A DNA stretch of 64,000 nucleotides from Marsupella aquatica (GCA_973895155.1 OZ316899.1:6513241-6577240); one strand, 5' to 3'; counted from the first letter of the stretch, positions 35,286-48,835 are shown. The notes: generated by a model not told the origin, from the sequence alone. A program made the numbers and translations.

Positions 35286-38200
35286 AATCAATATGTACAA
35301 TCTGATATTGGGATCATATCACGAGCTATGCGACAACACATTGTTGAGGCCATGGTGGCCAACCATGGGCATGATGGAGGGATGCAGGAGGATGATGTAC
35401 AACATGAGGGTGATAATCCTACTCAAGCACATCTGGATGAGGAGAGGGCCATGGATGAGCTCATGGACCAATTTTATGATGATGATGTTGATATTGGTAT
35501 GGAGGATATGGGTACAACTGATGACAACACCACTCATCCAGGACCTTCTAGGGGGGGACAGAACAAGGATTGGGAGGAGGCTCAATGTCATGCTCATACT
35601 CGCATATTTGAGGGTAGCACCTTATCTCGGCTCTCCGCAATAATGTTGTTGCTGAATGTGCAGCAAAGACATGGGGCCAGCAACCTACTTTTGGATGATG
35701 TTTTTTGTACCTTGCATGATTGTATTTTGCCACCAAGCAATACCATGCCAGCCTCTTGGAAGGAGGCAAAACAAGTGTTGAAGTCCATTGGCCTCAAGTA
35801 TGTAGTGATACATGCATGTGTGAATGATTGCATTCTTTTTAGGGGGGAGCATGAGAATGCAACTACATGTCCTAAGTGTGAGAAGCCGCGCTACCATGAT
35901 GACATGTTGACAGGGAAGGTGCCTCAAAAGGTTATGCGATACTTTCCTCTCATCCCCCGATTGCGACATCAGTACCGTTGTGCAGAGTTAGCTGAGTACA
36001 TGGTATGGCACTCAAAGAATCGTTCTGATATGGCTACAAACTCTAGTGCCATGCGGATGATGGTTGACTCTCCTGCCAATCGATTTGTTGAGGGCAGATG
36101 GGGGGAGCTCAGCACTGAACCACGACATGTTCAACTTGGCTTGGCAGCTGATGGTATCAGCCCTTTTGCATTGGCGGGTAAAGCAAAACCATATTCAGTA
36201 TGGCCAGTAGTTTTGACTAACTACAATATCCCTCCATGGATGGCCATGAAGAAAGGTCATTTACTGCTCTCCATGATCATCCCGGGTCCTAAGCAAGTAA
36301 AAAAGATTGCATCTACTTGCAACCATTGATTGATGAGCTTTTGCAACTGTGGAGAGGAGTGGATTGTTATGACGGATGTCGCAATACAAGAGGTGTACCT
36401 CGTGCGTTTACCCTCAAGGCCATCCTTATGTGGACCATGCATGACCTACCAGGTATGACCTGATAAACCTTAGCTTATTTCCTTGATGTACTACCTTAAA
36501 TTTAGTGTGCATTAACCTTATTTCATAATTGGCTGGTTGTATATGGGCTTGGTACAGGGTTTGGGTATATCTCTGGATTGCAAACATCAGGCTATCGAGC
36601 TTGCCCTTCATGCGGACTGGATTTGGAGGGAGTGGCAAGACGCAAGTCAAGTACTTTGCGTAAGATAGTTTACATTGGTCATACCAAATATCTTCCAGCA
36701 GACCATCCTTGGAGGAGTGATCATTTCTTGTATGACACTGATGAGGGCCAACCTGATACTCGTCCTCAACCTCAGCAAAAGGATCCAACATATTGGAGAG
36801 AGGTATGGGAGAGAGTTCAAGACCCTGATGATCCATTACAGTTTCTCCGATGTGGCATGACTCGTTTATCTGCATTGTCACAGTTGCCATATTGGTCAGA
36901 GATGCCCATTAATCACTTGTTGGATGCGACGCATATTGAGGGAAATGTGGGAGATCATTGATTTGTCATCTATATGGGGAGAAGAACCACAACTGGAGAG
37001 AAATTTGTGAGGAGATGGGGATGCATGGTCTTTTGGGTTTTTGGCCATCTTTGGACCCCCCTGGTGATCCCCCTAGCATCCATCCTCCTTGGGTTTTGAC
37101 CAGGGCAGAGCGCATAGAGTTTCGCAGACGGATTGGGTCAATGAGGTTTCCCACAGGTTATGGTGCCAATCTTTGTAAGGCATTTGGGGGGGATGATTCT
37201 CCAAAATGGCCATCGTACCTGAAAACACATGATTATCATCGGTTACTAGAACATGTCATTCCAGTTGCGATTATTGGATTGGGTAGTGAGGAACTTCGTG
37301 ATGCTCTTTGGTCATTGGGCAAGTTTTTGAGATGGGTATGTCAGAAGGAGGTACCAGAGGATGACATTGCTGCGATGGAGATATTTGGAGTAGAGGTTGT
37401 TTGCAAGTTGGAGAAGGCACTTCCACCCTCATTCTTTGATGGTCAGGTTCATTTCCTCATACATTTAGTGCGTGAGGTAGCAATTGCAGGCCTGGTACAT
37501 TGTCGATGGATGTATTGGGTAGAGCGTTACATGGGGGTGATGAAGTCATATGTCTCTAATCGGGCTAGGGTGGAAGGTAGCATTGCAGAGCGTCATCTTG
37601 GAGCAGAGAGTATGTTTTATTGTACAAACATAGTTGCCACACTAGATCCAAGGGAACCTAGGGGATGGATAGATGAGGCGGCACGAGAGGCAGACTATGA
37701 GGATGATAGACTCACTGGGGCATCAGGAGAGCGTGGCTTAGGCTCAGCAGAGCGATTGCAACTTACAACATTTATGTTGTATAACTCACCAGAAGTTGTA
37801 GGGGAGTGGACAACATTTTATGAGGAGGAGAAGCAAAATAGTCGACGGCCACGATTGTTTCCCAAGTTTCACCCATACATGAAATCAAAGTTGTTAGAAG
37901 TGGATGCCTTGGTGGGTACCGAAGACAGTATATTACATTACCCACAAGTGACTGATAAGCTTTGTACCTTGGTTCATGGTCCACTGCTTAAAGTCACGAC
38001 TCGGACGGCATGTGGTCAAAGGGGAGACATTTCCGTGTGGAACGACTTGATGAGAAGAGAGCAGCTACACAAGATTGTGGGGTGATGGGTTGGTTCACCC
38101 AGGATTCCCAGAGTAGCGCGTCGGACATGAACCCCATTCGCTCCACCATGGCCCATTATGGGAAGATTGATAAGATCCTGACAGTGAAGTACCATGCACA

Positions 38201-38513
38201 TACTACTTTGGAGGAGGTGGTATTTAAGTGCAAATGGTTCAAGATGAATCTTGTAGGCAACAATCGAACATGTGAAGATGATGCGTGCGGATTTACCCGT
38301 TTGAAGACATCTGCAAATAGTGTCATTAGTTCCAATTGGAGGTCCTCAGATCCCTTTGCCTTCCCACATCACCTTGAGCAGTGCTTTTACCTACCCTATC
38401 CAGATCCATTGGTCCATTGTCATGCCTTATATCCCTAGATCACGGTCTATATAGTCCAAGAGAGACCCAATGTCATTGTAGTGGAAGACAATGACATCCC
38501 CGACCCTCCACAA
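35286..38513 (+). pseudogene. CACTA-3 Tnp2 transposase, spliced, frameshifted
   Basis: IHACVNDC, LGLAADG, NYNIPPW, HLLDATHIEGNV, LKTHDYH, RWMYWVERYM, FKCKWF; intron 36454-36557 at the same position as CACTA-1 intron 8443-8327. Confidence 0.95.
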
Positions 38514-38719
38514 GTGAGTTAGTATATTTTGTATGTAGGCCCCCCCCAACCACACCACCTTCATGTTTTTTTTAACTGGCAATATAAAAGTTGGCATCAT
38601 TACTTCTTTAATTGTCATGGTATGCACATGCCCAAAATCTCTTGGTTATATATAGAAGTGTCCTTACCTTATATACCCTTCCTAAGAACCCCCTGCCTTA
38701 TGTCCCATTGACCGTCCCA

Positions 38720-39264
38720 TGAAAAAGCCATCGGATTTCCATCGGACCTTCTAAAAATAGAAACCAGACCGATACTCCCAACTACGGACTATTCCATATA
38801 AAACCCATCGGACACACATTTCCGATCCTCTCCACAACGGACACCTTCTCCTCCTTTGTTGACGAGATATCCGATCCAACATCCGACGGAAAATGTCCGA
38901 CATAATTTTTACGCACAAACTATCCGACCCTAAACCCAACGAACACAAATATCCGATGCATTCCGTGATGGTCCTAGTCCGATACAACTACCAACGCAAA
39001 CATCTTGCGATGCATTAAGGTTCGGACAAATTATGCGGTCATGGCGACATAGTTTCCGATATGTTTAGTGTCAGATACTGTCGGATAGTAGTACTATGGG
39101 ACAGTGTATGCGATGGGTTTTACATCGGAATGTGTAGGTCCGATGGTATCAGGATCGGAAAATACGTTGCAGGGCATATCGGATATTGTCCGAAGTGTTC
39201 CGCATGGGATGGGTGACGTTTGGCTCAAAAGGAGTATCGGAAAACCGCCGAAAATGTACTAGTG
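38720..39264. repeat. CACTA-3 subterminal repeat field and TAGTG terminus
   Basis: Dense TCCGA/TCGGA copies ending in TAGTG. Confidence 0.88.
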
Positions 39265-41470
39265 TGTACCCATAAACCAGTGACTCCTAACTGATTCCCG
39301 GCTTAGGGACTTCTAAGTCATTGCCCCACCACTCTGCCATTCCACTCTCAGCAATCAGAGCTGTGACAGCCCTCACCCAACCCACTTCAATGCACATGGT
39401 ACACCTCTTAGTGGCGCTGCTAGTCCCATCATACACTCAGATTGCCTCACACACACACACATCCATGAGAGAAATGAGGCCTGAGGGGAAAACTCAGTTA
39501 GATTCAAAGATGTGCACAATAGTTCACTGAGAACACTTGATCCAAACAATAGGCCTGAAGGCTGTCTCCTCTAGATTGCGATGTGCTTGCCCTGCAAGCC
39601 CCGTGCTTGCCCTGCAAGCTCAATCTTGAACCTGAGCCCGACTCACTCCAGATTGCGACCGCAGATTGGACTCGAACCAATCCCGTACCTGCCTTGCAAA
39701 CTCAATCCTGAACTCAACCTCCTTCACTGCACTTCATTCTTGGGGGCACATACAGATCTCACACCTCCAATTCATAACGTCAAGTTACGCAAGCACAGTT
39801 GACTCGACTTCAAAGTTGGTACCAGGCCTAACGACGATCTATCCCAGACTGCAATGAGGCCCGGCCTCACGCTTGCCCTGCAAGCTCAGCTCTGACCATA
39901 AATTCCTTAGTGCTCTCTACCAGACAAAGGCTGGGACTCCCCATGGATCACGTAGCCTTTCCAGACTGAACTGTAAATGCTCCTCCTGTTGCCCCTCAAT
40001 CAGTGTCTCAGCCTTCCCAATGTGCTCATCGCAAATCACATTGAAATCCTCCCCACAGTTTACAATCACCAACACATCACCTATCCCCAAGGCTCTGTAT
40101 CGGGGGAAAAGAACCCAGTTGTGTTGCCTACTAGAAAGAGCCACAATCCAACTTGCAAACCTGGCCAACTATTGTTGTGAAGCGTGACTGATTACTCCTT
40201 GAGTAATAGCACAACCAAGCTCTCTCCAACACACAGCTTCCAAGCCCAGCCTTCCTTGCACAGAGCTCCTCCCTGCTGCTCAGTCTACGTGAGATCACAC
40301 AACTGAAGTTCCCCCCCCTAGCCTCTACTGGGGGGCTGCTCTATATACTCTCATACTGAGCCCAAATGGGTGGATACTACGTTGCTGGAGCCCCATCCCA
40401 GCCCTAACAGAGCCGCCACCATCTCTAACACTACTGAACCCTAACTCGCAACTTTATTTCTATCTTGAATTGGCTATGTACTTCGGATTTGGCCCCCTCC
40501 ATGGTTTTTGCAAGCTTGCGCCTCCTCTCCCAATTTCTCTATTCAACCATTTGCTGCGTGGATAGCAGCGTTGGAAGCGGCTTGAGCTCCTCTTTCCAAC
40601 GAGGTCAATTATAGCCAATTTAGTCAAATACACATAAAGTTATCCCCCGTAACCGAGAGGGGGTACTCACCATTGCGTTAACCCGAGTTACATAGCTAAT
40701 CCGAGTTTGGCTAACCTAGCTATCCTATCTAACCCAACTAGAGCTAACCCGTGGTCTTGGGTTAGGCCGCTACCCGCTATCCGCTAACCTAGGCTAAGCT
40801 GAGCCCGAACCCGAGGTTAGGCTAACCAAAGTTCTGTCTAACCCGAGCTCAATCTAACCCGGGTTCGGGTTAAGCCTAAGCTGAAGCCTTGTTAACCTGA
40901 GCTAAGTTGAAGCCGTGCTGAAGCCGTGTTGACCTGAGCTAAGCTGAATCCAAGCTCACATAAGCTAAGTCGTGGCCTTAGCTTAGGGTAACCCGAAACC
41001 AAAGCCGAATCCGCTCATTCCGGTCACAAGTTAACCTGTCACACTAATCAGGCCGTATCTTTCTTAATACACCTTCATTTCCCAAGTGTTTTATATTGAT
41101 TTTACTTGCCTTGACCAGATCTTTCCAATGCTCTTTACAGATCTGGATTTGGTGACGTATTGAAAGAGATATGGTCGCTGACCACCCGCAACATAGCTTT
41201 TATTTCCCTAACTTTCTAAGACTAGACTATGAACCACTAACCCAAATAACAAAATGAAGCTACACACCCAAAGACATTCAGATTTTATCATGAGAACAAT
41301 CACCATACCACACAGCTTCATATTCAGCTATGGAGACTCGCTTCCTTGAATTACCACGCCTACCTCCGTACCGGCGTCTTGAAGAGCCTCATGCTCCATC
41401 TTGCTAATTTTTATGCAATATCAATAGCTACTCCTTGCATACAACAGCCTAGTTAATCAGATTATAGAAT
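39265..41470. other. Non-coding, possibly LTR-derived segment containing a degenerate TAACC/GCTAAGC repeat tract (40650-41035)
   Basis: No credible ORF; TATA-like ctatata at ~40341; ctttccaa motifs; TG..CA ends not established. Confidence 0.3.
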
Positions 41471-41489
41471 AAGGACCATGTCATCGGCG

Positions 41490-42593
41490 TCACAAAGTGA
41501 GGTCGACATTCACCCCTTGCCTCAAACATACTTCCTCCATCATGGCACAAGCCATTTCTTCCCTCTCCACTAGACCAAATTTGATCTCAGACAAAATATA
41601 CTTGGGCTCCTCGCCCTTCACAATCTTGGTGTAAGCCGATCTTTCTGTTTGGTCAAAAGCAGTTGACCATTGATCACTATCGAGATACCAAGGACAATTA
41701 AAAACTTCCCACGCAATAAGGTCTCTTTTGGGGTGAGAAGCATCCGCGGGATACATTGAAAACTGAGGATACGTAACATTCCCGTCTGCATCTCGCCCAA
41801 TGCTTGCCCATCCAGCAAAACAAAGGGGGTAACACCAAAAATATGAATCACTATTAATTTCCCAATCTACAAAGAAGCGATAAACATATCGCTTAGCCCT
41901 TCGACAAATTACATCAACATCAAATTTGTCACTAGACTTGGTTATCCAAATTGCTCGAAAAAACTTAGATCTCACACAAAATGCATAATCCTTGAAATCA
42001 TCGAGGATTTTCTCCTTCAAAGATTCAAGATCTTTTTGAGGTGCTGACTCTAAACGATCTTGAGGAGCACTTAATCCAATCTCATCCAAACAGGCTATCA
42101 ACAAATGGTTAGAAATGGATTCAACCGATGACCACATGGACCATGTGTGGCACCATTGCTTGGTCTCAATCTTGGAAAATCCCGCTGGATGAAACCATTG
42201 CTTCCTCAATTCTGGCTTACACTGTGCCTCAATCAATTGGCATCAAAGAAGTGGATCTAGAGTTGAGACAGCAGTGTACATTCGAGCCCGATCCAATCCA
42301 CAAGCCAATGTTTGACGCCCTTCTCGCTTCTCCCTTTCGCAATACTCATACAACTCTGAGCATTTGACAAGAAAACCCCCATATTCTGGATTCAAAACAA
42401 CTGCTAATTTACTGCTACGGATAGACCATTCTTTTAGCTGCGAGGCAAACATCTCGTCATGAAGCCTCTTCCTCTCAACATCTGACCACGACACATTCAT
42501 TTGAATGGCTCTCTCTTCACAAACCCGCAAATCTTCTAGACCCGCAGCGATGTTTGCAGAGCACAAAATGTATGTGAGTGCATCCAAACTCAT
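41490..42593 (-). pseudogene. Unknown protein region downstream of the ParB-like exon
   Basis: Two consecutive ORFs (116 and 248 aa) with globular composition, same strand as upstream domains. Confidence 0.45.
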
Positions 42594-42852
42594 TGTTTTT
42601 TAGTACCACGCCTTATTTCACATTCGCCATCCTAGTTTCAAAGATCTTGTAGCTAGCAGGATCGATGATCTTCTCATAGTAAGACAGATCATATTGGAGG
42701 ATTTTCTTTACCCGATTTGCATCCAAAATCCAAGAATTCTCCACAACACACTGCCCAAGCTTGGACCCGCAAAGGAAAAGGATATCAGTATATTAAGCAA
42801 TCACTTAGGGAACCTAAACCACTTGCGCAAAAGTGAAACAAAGCCAGAAAAC

Positions 42853-43254
42853 TTACTTGTTGAGCTCATGCATCGCCAACTCAATCTCAATGAATGAATC
42901 ATGTTTCCCCTTCAAAATGCGACATATCACCCGAGGATGATACTTTTTGTCGTCGGGGAACTGCTTAGCAACTATCATCCACAAATATAGACGATGGTTC
43001 CCATCAAAAACCGAAAACATCTTGTCCTTAAGGCACAAGAATTCTGGATTTTTGTCACATTCGGCTTCAAACGCGGCATTCTGCTGAACTCAAACATCGT
43101 CCCAAGTTGCTCGAATATCTTTGGTGACCAGAATCTCAACACCTTCCGCATCACAGACGGAAACATAAAACTTGGCCAACTCGTCAACATCAGTGATTTC
43201 ACTAATTCTGGAAATTCTTTTTTCCAAAGTGGCTTGGTAAAATTTCCAAATTAA
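42853..43254 (-). pseudogene. ParB/Sulfiredoxin-like domain fragment
   Basis: FSVFDGNHRL motif, then HPRVICRIL...AMHELN and a GTAAGT donor. Confidence 0.55.
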
Positions 43255-43518
43255 ATAAATACATTATCCAACAACCTTAAATGAAGTTTCCAAAACTTGG
43301 AACTGGAATTTCTAGAACACTCTTTCAAGTTTCCTAAACACCAGTTGAAATTTCCAAATCCATGTAAAATACATTTTTGGCGTACGAATTTGGTGGAGAA
43401 TAGTCACATGAGTAATGTCACATTTTCATTGTCACCCACTAACGGGAACCATACAGAAGTCCATAACAATTGTTTACTTGTAATAGGCCTCCCCTCAATA
43501 TTACAAGTCTCCAAATTT

Positions 43519-44586
43519 TTAAATAACCATCATTGAATGTGTGTTGCTACAAAACATATTTGAGCAAGTAAGTCTACTTCTTGACTTATCAAACTTTCTA
43601 TCTCGGTTGCAAGTGTCTTTAGGATACAAGTTTCTAAACTTAGAAGTAAGGTCCCTAGTTTTTAGGACTTCCCAAACAAATTGCCGCTTATTTTGCAAAT
43701 ATGGGCCGGAATAACCATCTCCAAGTAGACCTTTAGCAATTGAATTGATGTCACGGTCACTCATATCCTGCACCGGTGGCAAACTTTGCACGGTATGCTT
43801 CACTTCCCAGGAAATCTTGTCTGCCGAGTGATCAAGGACAGTGAAATTATCGACGATGCCAGCAACGCGGTGCCCCCAGGCTTGAGTGAGTCCTGCAAAG
43901 ATATCACAATGCCTCCTTTGGGCTTCACCCTTATTGTAGGCGGACCATTTTGGGTAGTTAACATTCAGAAAGTGTCTTACATCAAAAGCATTGTGCATTC
44001 TTTGAAGAAGTGGAAGCAATATCTCCATCAGAAAAGTGTCGCCTCCCATGTTGTGAAAAAATGGAACTGGAAACAACGTGTTAACATTTGGATTTGCGAA
44101 ACACTTCAGAGGAGAGTCATCAATGAGAACAGTATTTGTCGGACCATATCTATTGCCAAAACGATCCCAAACAGTTTGGATTTCCTTGAGAAGTATGTTT
44201 GCCTTCCCATCCGTAATATCTGACCTCAAAAAGCCAGTGTCAAACGTTTCTTCTTGGGTGAATACAAACTTGAACTGCTTTCGTTCAGCATCGTTGAAAA
44301 CAAGATCCATCATTTCATTTGTTCTTGGCCTTCCCGCGCAAGTCCATATCGCGACATCGTAATACTTGAAAATCACTTGTAAAAATTTGTGAAGTCCTGG
44401 ACGCTCCACATACATAAATGTGTTCCCGCCCCGTCTTCCCCAGTGAACGCCCCTCACAGATGTGAGGCTCCGAAATGGTCCGGAGCTTTTACTCTTTACG
44501 GAATCAAAACAAACCTTATTAAGGTCAAAAATCAAGAGCTTTCGCTTGATCTCTGAGTGGAGTTTGGGAACAAACTCTGCAAACAT
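43519..44586 (-). CDS. FCP1/SCP (NIF) HAD-phosphatase-like domain
   Basis: LLIFDLNKV (motif I, DxN), ERPGLHKFL, VAIWT, LLKEI, NTVLIDDSP.K...NP. Confidence 0.85.
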   Translation of the reverse strand: MFAEFVPKLHSEIKRKLLIFDLNKVCFDSVKSKSSGPFRSLTSVRGVHWGRRGGNTFMYVERPGLHKFLQVIFKYYDVAIWTCAGRPRTNEMMDLVFNDAERKQFKFVFTQEETFDTGFLRSDITDGKANILLKEIQTVWDRFGNRYGPTNTVLIDDSPLKCFANPNVNTLFPVPFFHNMGGDTFLMEILLPLLQRMHNAFDVRHFLNVNYPKWSAYNKGEAQRRHCDIFAGLTQAWGHRVAGIVDNFTVLDHSADKISWEVKHTVQSLPPVQDMSDRDINSIAKGLLGDGYSGPYLQNKRQFVWEVLKTRDLTSKFRNLYPKDTCNRDRKFDKSRSRLTCSNMFCSNTHSMMVI

Positions 44587-44691
44587 AAAAATATCGAGTC
44601 CGGATGGTTAGTCATTGCAACAGTCTTGACCAAAGACCACTTGAAATCAAATACCCCGTCTGTATCCCTCTACACGCGTCTTGCGCAAAAA

Positions 44692-46364
44692 TCATTGTCC
44701 ACGAGTTATTAGGCACCCATTAGTCCTGACTAGAACCGCATCCTGATCCAAAACATCACTGAGGCAATTGTCAATCCTCATTTTGTTATCCATTGGATCC
44801 GGAGATGGGAGAGGACATTTGTTTATGCTTAGAACTTTATGACTTGAGACAAGAGAGAGGAAATTGGCACCTGCCTCATTGGTTGCCTTCGCACAATTGA
44901 CTCGCCTCTCTGACACCTCTGGATTCGCTGTGAGAGAAAATGAGTTATCATTCTCTCCTGTTACTTCAGCGCTACGAGAGTCAACATTGTCATCGCATTG
45001 AAATTCAATCGGAGTGTGATCTTTTTCCACAATCCCAACCTCCTCCACAACAATCTCTTTTAAGGGTCCAAAATCCACCACCCCCTTCTCGACATCCCCA
45101 AGTGTATTTTTTGCCTCACAATCATAAAAAACTGGGCCACTTCGAAGAACTGAAGCATCAACCAGAAGAGATTGCTCAACACCTCTGTTGCACTCTAACC
45201 CTGGAGGATCTACACGATACGTGTGTAGGGAGACATCATCCACAACATCTTCCAGATTTTTGTTGAACGCAATCAACCCCGTGCCCGCCTGTAAGTTTTC
45301 AGAATTATCTGCCAAACCATAACCTCCTTCAGCCATTACAAGAGGAAATCCTTCGCGACTTGCAATTGGAACGACTGATGGACCAATACTCATCTCCCCA
45401 ATGGAACTTAGAAACTTTTCCTCCACTTCCACCCCGGTGTAATGTAAAACTGTACCGGCAATCTGATAATGCTGGCCCTCTTTTGCTCCACTAGCATTGG
45501 AGTTTTGAGTCAAACTCCCTTCAAGGCCAGGAGGTTTCCACAATGATTTGGCAAACTGTGCAACCGGAACTAACAATTTAAGATTCTCTGCATAAGCCGT
45601 GAGGTCAGAGACATCCTCACGGTCAGAGCAGAATGAAAAACACTCACGCTCAAGCATCAATGCATTCTTCAGTACCTGCCCTCTTGTGAAAAAATCCAGG
45701 ACAATTTCCTCCCTCGAAGAAAATGCATGAATAAAACTCTGTAGGATGTGACTGGGCTTAATATTCAATGTGAATGGTCGTCCAGTCGTCAATTTGAAAG
45801 GAACAAGGCCTTCAAGTCATGAGATCAATGTGTCCCTTTTTTTCTCCTGCATATCATCCTTCGAAATATCGGAATAATCCTCTCGACTTGGCTTGATTGT
45901 CTCCTCGAGGTCGGACTCCTCCAACACAAAGTGACCGGTAAAATCCTTGAAATGCTTTTCCCAATCAGGAACCCAATCTTGGGAGACGCCAAGGAAAAGA
46001 ACCATGTCCGCATCGCCTCTCATGTGTTGCGAAGGAGCATTAACCATAGAACTCCTCATGAACGAACCATATTCAAGGTGCGCATTATAGTTCTCCGGGA
46101 GATCTCGAACAGCTTCAATTATTCTTGCAAGAATAATACCAGGACGAACAAAAAAACAACTGTTACCAGATCATTTGTTGGGATATTCACGACGATCTTC
46201 AAGAAGTTCAAGATTTCGGACTGCGTCCAAACCGGTTTTCCAGTATGGGTCAAATCAACAATGGCTAGAGATGCCAATATTGACTCCTTGCAGCTCGCCG
46301 AATCAAAAGGAGGATCAGCAGACGCGAGCAGATTTCCAGTATAGAAAACTCGGTAAGGATCCAT
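44692..46364 (-). pseudogene. Amino-DNA-methyltransferase-like (N6/N4, beta-order) domain plus linker; 5' end cut by a LINE fragment
   Basis: KPSHILQSFIHAFSSREEIVLDFFTRG...A...R fits the KP..L...I...S....VLDxF.G C-terminal block; one frameshift ~46150 and one TGA at 45817. Confidence 0.55.
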
Positions 46365-46389
46365 CCTTGCGCGGAGATGGCCGCCAAAC

Positions 46390-47573
46390 CCCCCTTCTTT
46401 TGCCCAATCCTATATGCTTGCAAAATGATAGGGTCATGCACTTTCATCTGAGATTGGAAGAATGAAATTGCTACCTTCTTGGTGTCTTCCTTCTCCTCCT
46501 CAACAAGGCCTGATATTTTGCAGTTGCTGACTCTTGCATGCTGGTTCTTGTGTTCTTCCTCTAGTGCTCTCCTCTCCTCCTCCTTGGCTTGGACAAATTC
46601 CATATGTGATTGTTTTGCAGCCTGTGCAAAGGTTTTGAGCTTCTCCTCAATCTCCCCTACAGCCTCATGTATCACTGATTTCTCTGGGCACATACTCTTC
46701 TCCATGTCTCCAAAACACGATGCAAGCAATGAGAGTTGCTTACCATTCTCCTGAGTTTGAGATCGAAGATCACTAATCAACCTCTTTTGCTTGACATTCT
46801 CATTATTTAGCTCCGTCACCTCCTTGCTGAGTGTGGTAATCTCAATTGCGGAGTTTTCAGCCACAACTAAGATTTTCTCAAGCAAAGCCTTGAGATGGGC
46901 AATCTCCTCCGTTGCCATCACAAAGCTGAAACTGTTGTTAGAATGTACTCTTAGACGACAAATAGAAATTGGGAGCAGTAGAGGATGTCAGTTGTAGCTC
47001 TACCTTTGCCAGTGATACACTCTTGCTGTTTGCAACACTCTGCCAAAATCTGAGTTCAAACCGCAGCCGATTGCCCTTCCAACTCGACGTGAAATTTCGC
47101 CCCAAGCTCAGAATCCCGAAACTGGACACGTAGCAGATCGTGCATGCTAAAGTGCATACCAAACGATGTCGGTTGCAGCTCTAACTTTGCCAGTGATACA
47201 TTCTCGCTGTTTCCAATGCTCTGGCAAAGTCTGAGCTTAAACCGCAACCGATTGCCCTTCCAACTCGAAGTGAAATTTTGCCCCGAGCTCAGAATCGCAA
47301 AACTAGAGACGTAACAGATCGTGCATGCTAAAGTGCATATCAAACGATGTCGGTTGCAGCTCTAACTTTGCCAGTAATACATTCTTGCTGTTTCCAATGC
47401 TCTGGAAAAATCTGAGCTCAAACCGCAGCCGATTGCCCTTCCAACTCGAAGTGAAATTTTGCCCCGAGTTCAGAATCGCAAAACTGGAGACGTAGCAGAT
47501 CGCGCATGCTAAAGTACATACCAAACGATGTCGGTTGCAGCTCTAACTTTGCTAGTGATACATTCTTGCTGTT
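46390..47573 (-). mobile_element. LINE-B 5' fragment (about three 181-bp monomers plus most of ORF1)
   Basis: Near-identical inverted copy of ~54770-55953; breaks at ORF1 GQKKG. Confidence 0.95.
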
Positions 47574-47629
47574 TATAAGAGGCTGAAGAGCTTTCTCCAC
47601 TTTGATCCACAAACTACAACAACAAACCA

Positions 47630-47800
47630 ACCGGGTAAAGCTAGCTTGGCAAAATCCTTGATGAACCGGCGATAATAACCAATGCAACCCAAGAAGGATC
47701 TCACATCTTTTATGTTCTTAGGTTGCATGATATCTAGCCACACTGCTAGCTTACCCTTATCAATTTCAATGCCCTTTTTTGATACCTTGTGACCACTACA
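47630..47800 (-). pseudogene. pol: Short gypsy RT fragment
   Basis: GHKVSKKGIEID...PKNIKDVRSFLGCIGYYRRFIKDFAKLA. Confidence 0.85.
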
Positions 47801-48835
47801 CCTAGGTGGACGTCCCCTTTTTCTCCTTGGTTTGGTTGTTGCTGTTGGTTGAGTGTCTATATCTATCCTGGATGGGGCGTTCATGGCTGGAACATGGGAT
47901 CGGGTCACCTTTGCCACATCCGCGAATGCATCGGGGAGCTCTTCAATTACTCTGGTAAGGTGTAGTATCCGTTGGACCTCCGTGTCAGCTTGGGCTGTCC
48001 TTGGGTTGTTCCAAAATTGTGAGCTAATTTGCCATGCGAGCTCCTTGTTTATTGTTTCTGTATCCATCAGTTCTGTACTGAGTTTCGGGAATATTTCCTC
48101 ATAGAAGTGGCAGTCGGCAAACCTTGCCTTGTATACATCGGCAGTGGTGGGTTCTAAATATTGTATGATTGATGTAGAATCAAATCCGATGTAGATACCC
48201 TTTTGCCTTTGGGGTCCAAGTTTAGTTCTCTTGGGTCCCATGATGGGTACCAGGACTTGGCAGCCGAATGTGTGGAGGTGAGCCAAGTTGGGTGGTACGC
48301 CCAATGCTAGGTGGTGAGGTGAGCTAGCATTGAAAGCGGATGGTCAATATCTTAATAGGGCCACAGCATGTAGAATGGCGTGGCCCCAGGCTGATGGTGG
48401 TAAGCTTGTCTGCATTAGTAGTGGTCTTGCTATGGTTTGGAGCCTTTTAATCAGGGATTCGGCTATCCCGTTTTGAAAATGAACATAAGCTACAGGGTAT
48501 TCAACTTCTATCCCGGTTGCTATGCAGAAGTCGTCAAATGTCTGGGATGTGAATTACCCAGCATTATCAACTCTTAATGTCTTGATGGGGTGGTCAGCAA
48601 CTGTGCTTTTAATCGCAGGATGTGGGCTAACAGTCAGGAGAAAACCAAATTGCGTGTGGAGAGGAGGGATACTTGGGACCACTTGGATGAGGTATCGATA
48701 ATGGCCAAGAAGAAACGGAAAGGGCCACTGGGGGGATCTACAGGGCCACATACATCTGCATGGATTTGTTCTAGGAAACGTGGGATTTGCTTGTCTGTGG
48801 TGGATGGTGATGGCTTCATTGTAAGTTTGCCTTGA
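47800..48835 (-). pseudogene. pol: Ty1/copia (Bianca-like) integrase fragment, diverged from 60180-61562
   Basis: RFLEQIHADVCGPVDPPSGPFRFF, RVDNAG, RTKLGPQRQKGIYIGFDS, ARFADCHF. Confidence 0.92.

Larger units (their letters stand above)
31920..39264 (+). mobile_element. CACTA-3 (En/Spm), SET-carrying; left end lost at the LINE junction
   Basis: ...aaaatgtacTAGTG terminus at 39264; TCCGA/TCGGA subterminal repeats 38720-39250; same gene layout as CACTA-1. Confidence 0.9.

Noticed and set aside
17614-39264. One giant CACTA from CACTAG (17614) to CTAGTG (39264)
   Set aside because: Termini diverge after 6 bp, flanks differ (ATA vs TGT), and subterminal motifs differ
46265-46921. 218-aa ORF with a novel C-terminus
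   Set aside because: Truncated LINE ORF1 reading out of frame into the MTase-like sequence
47573-48304. 243-aa ORF as a novel integrase-RT fusion
   Set aside because: Chance in-frame join of copia INT and gypsy RT fragments
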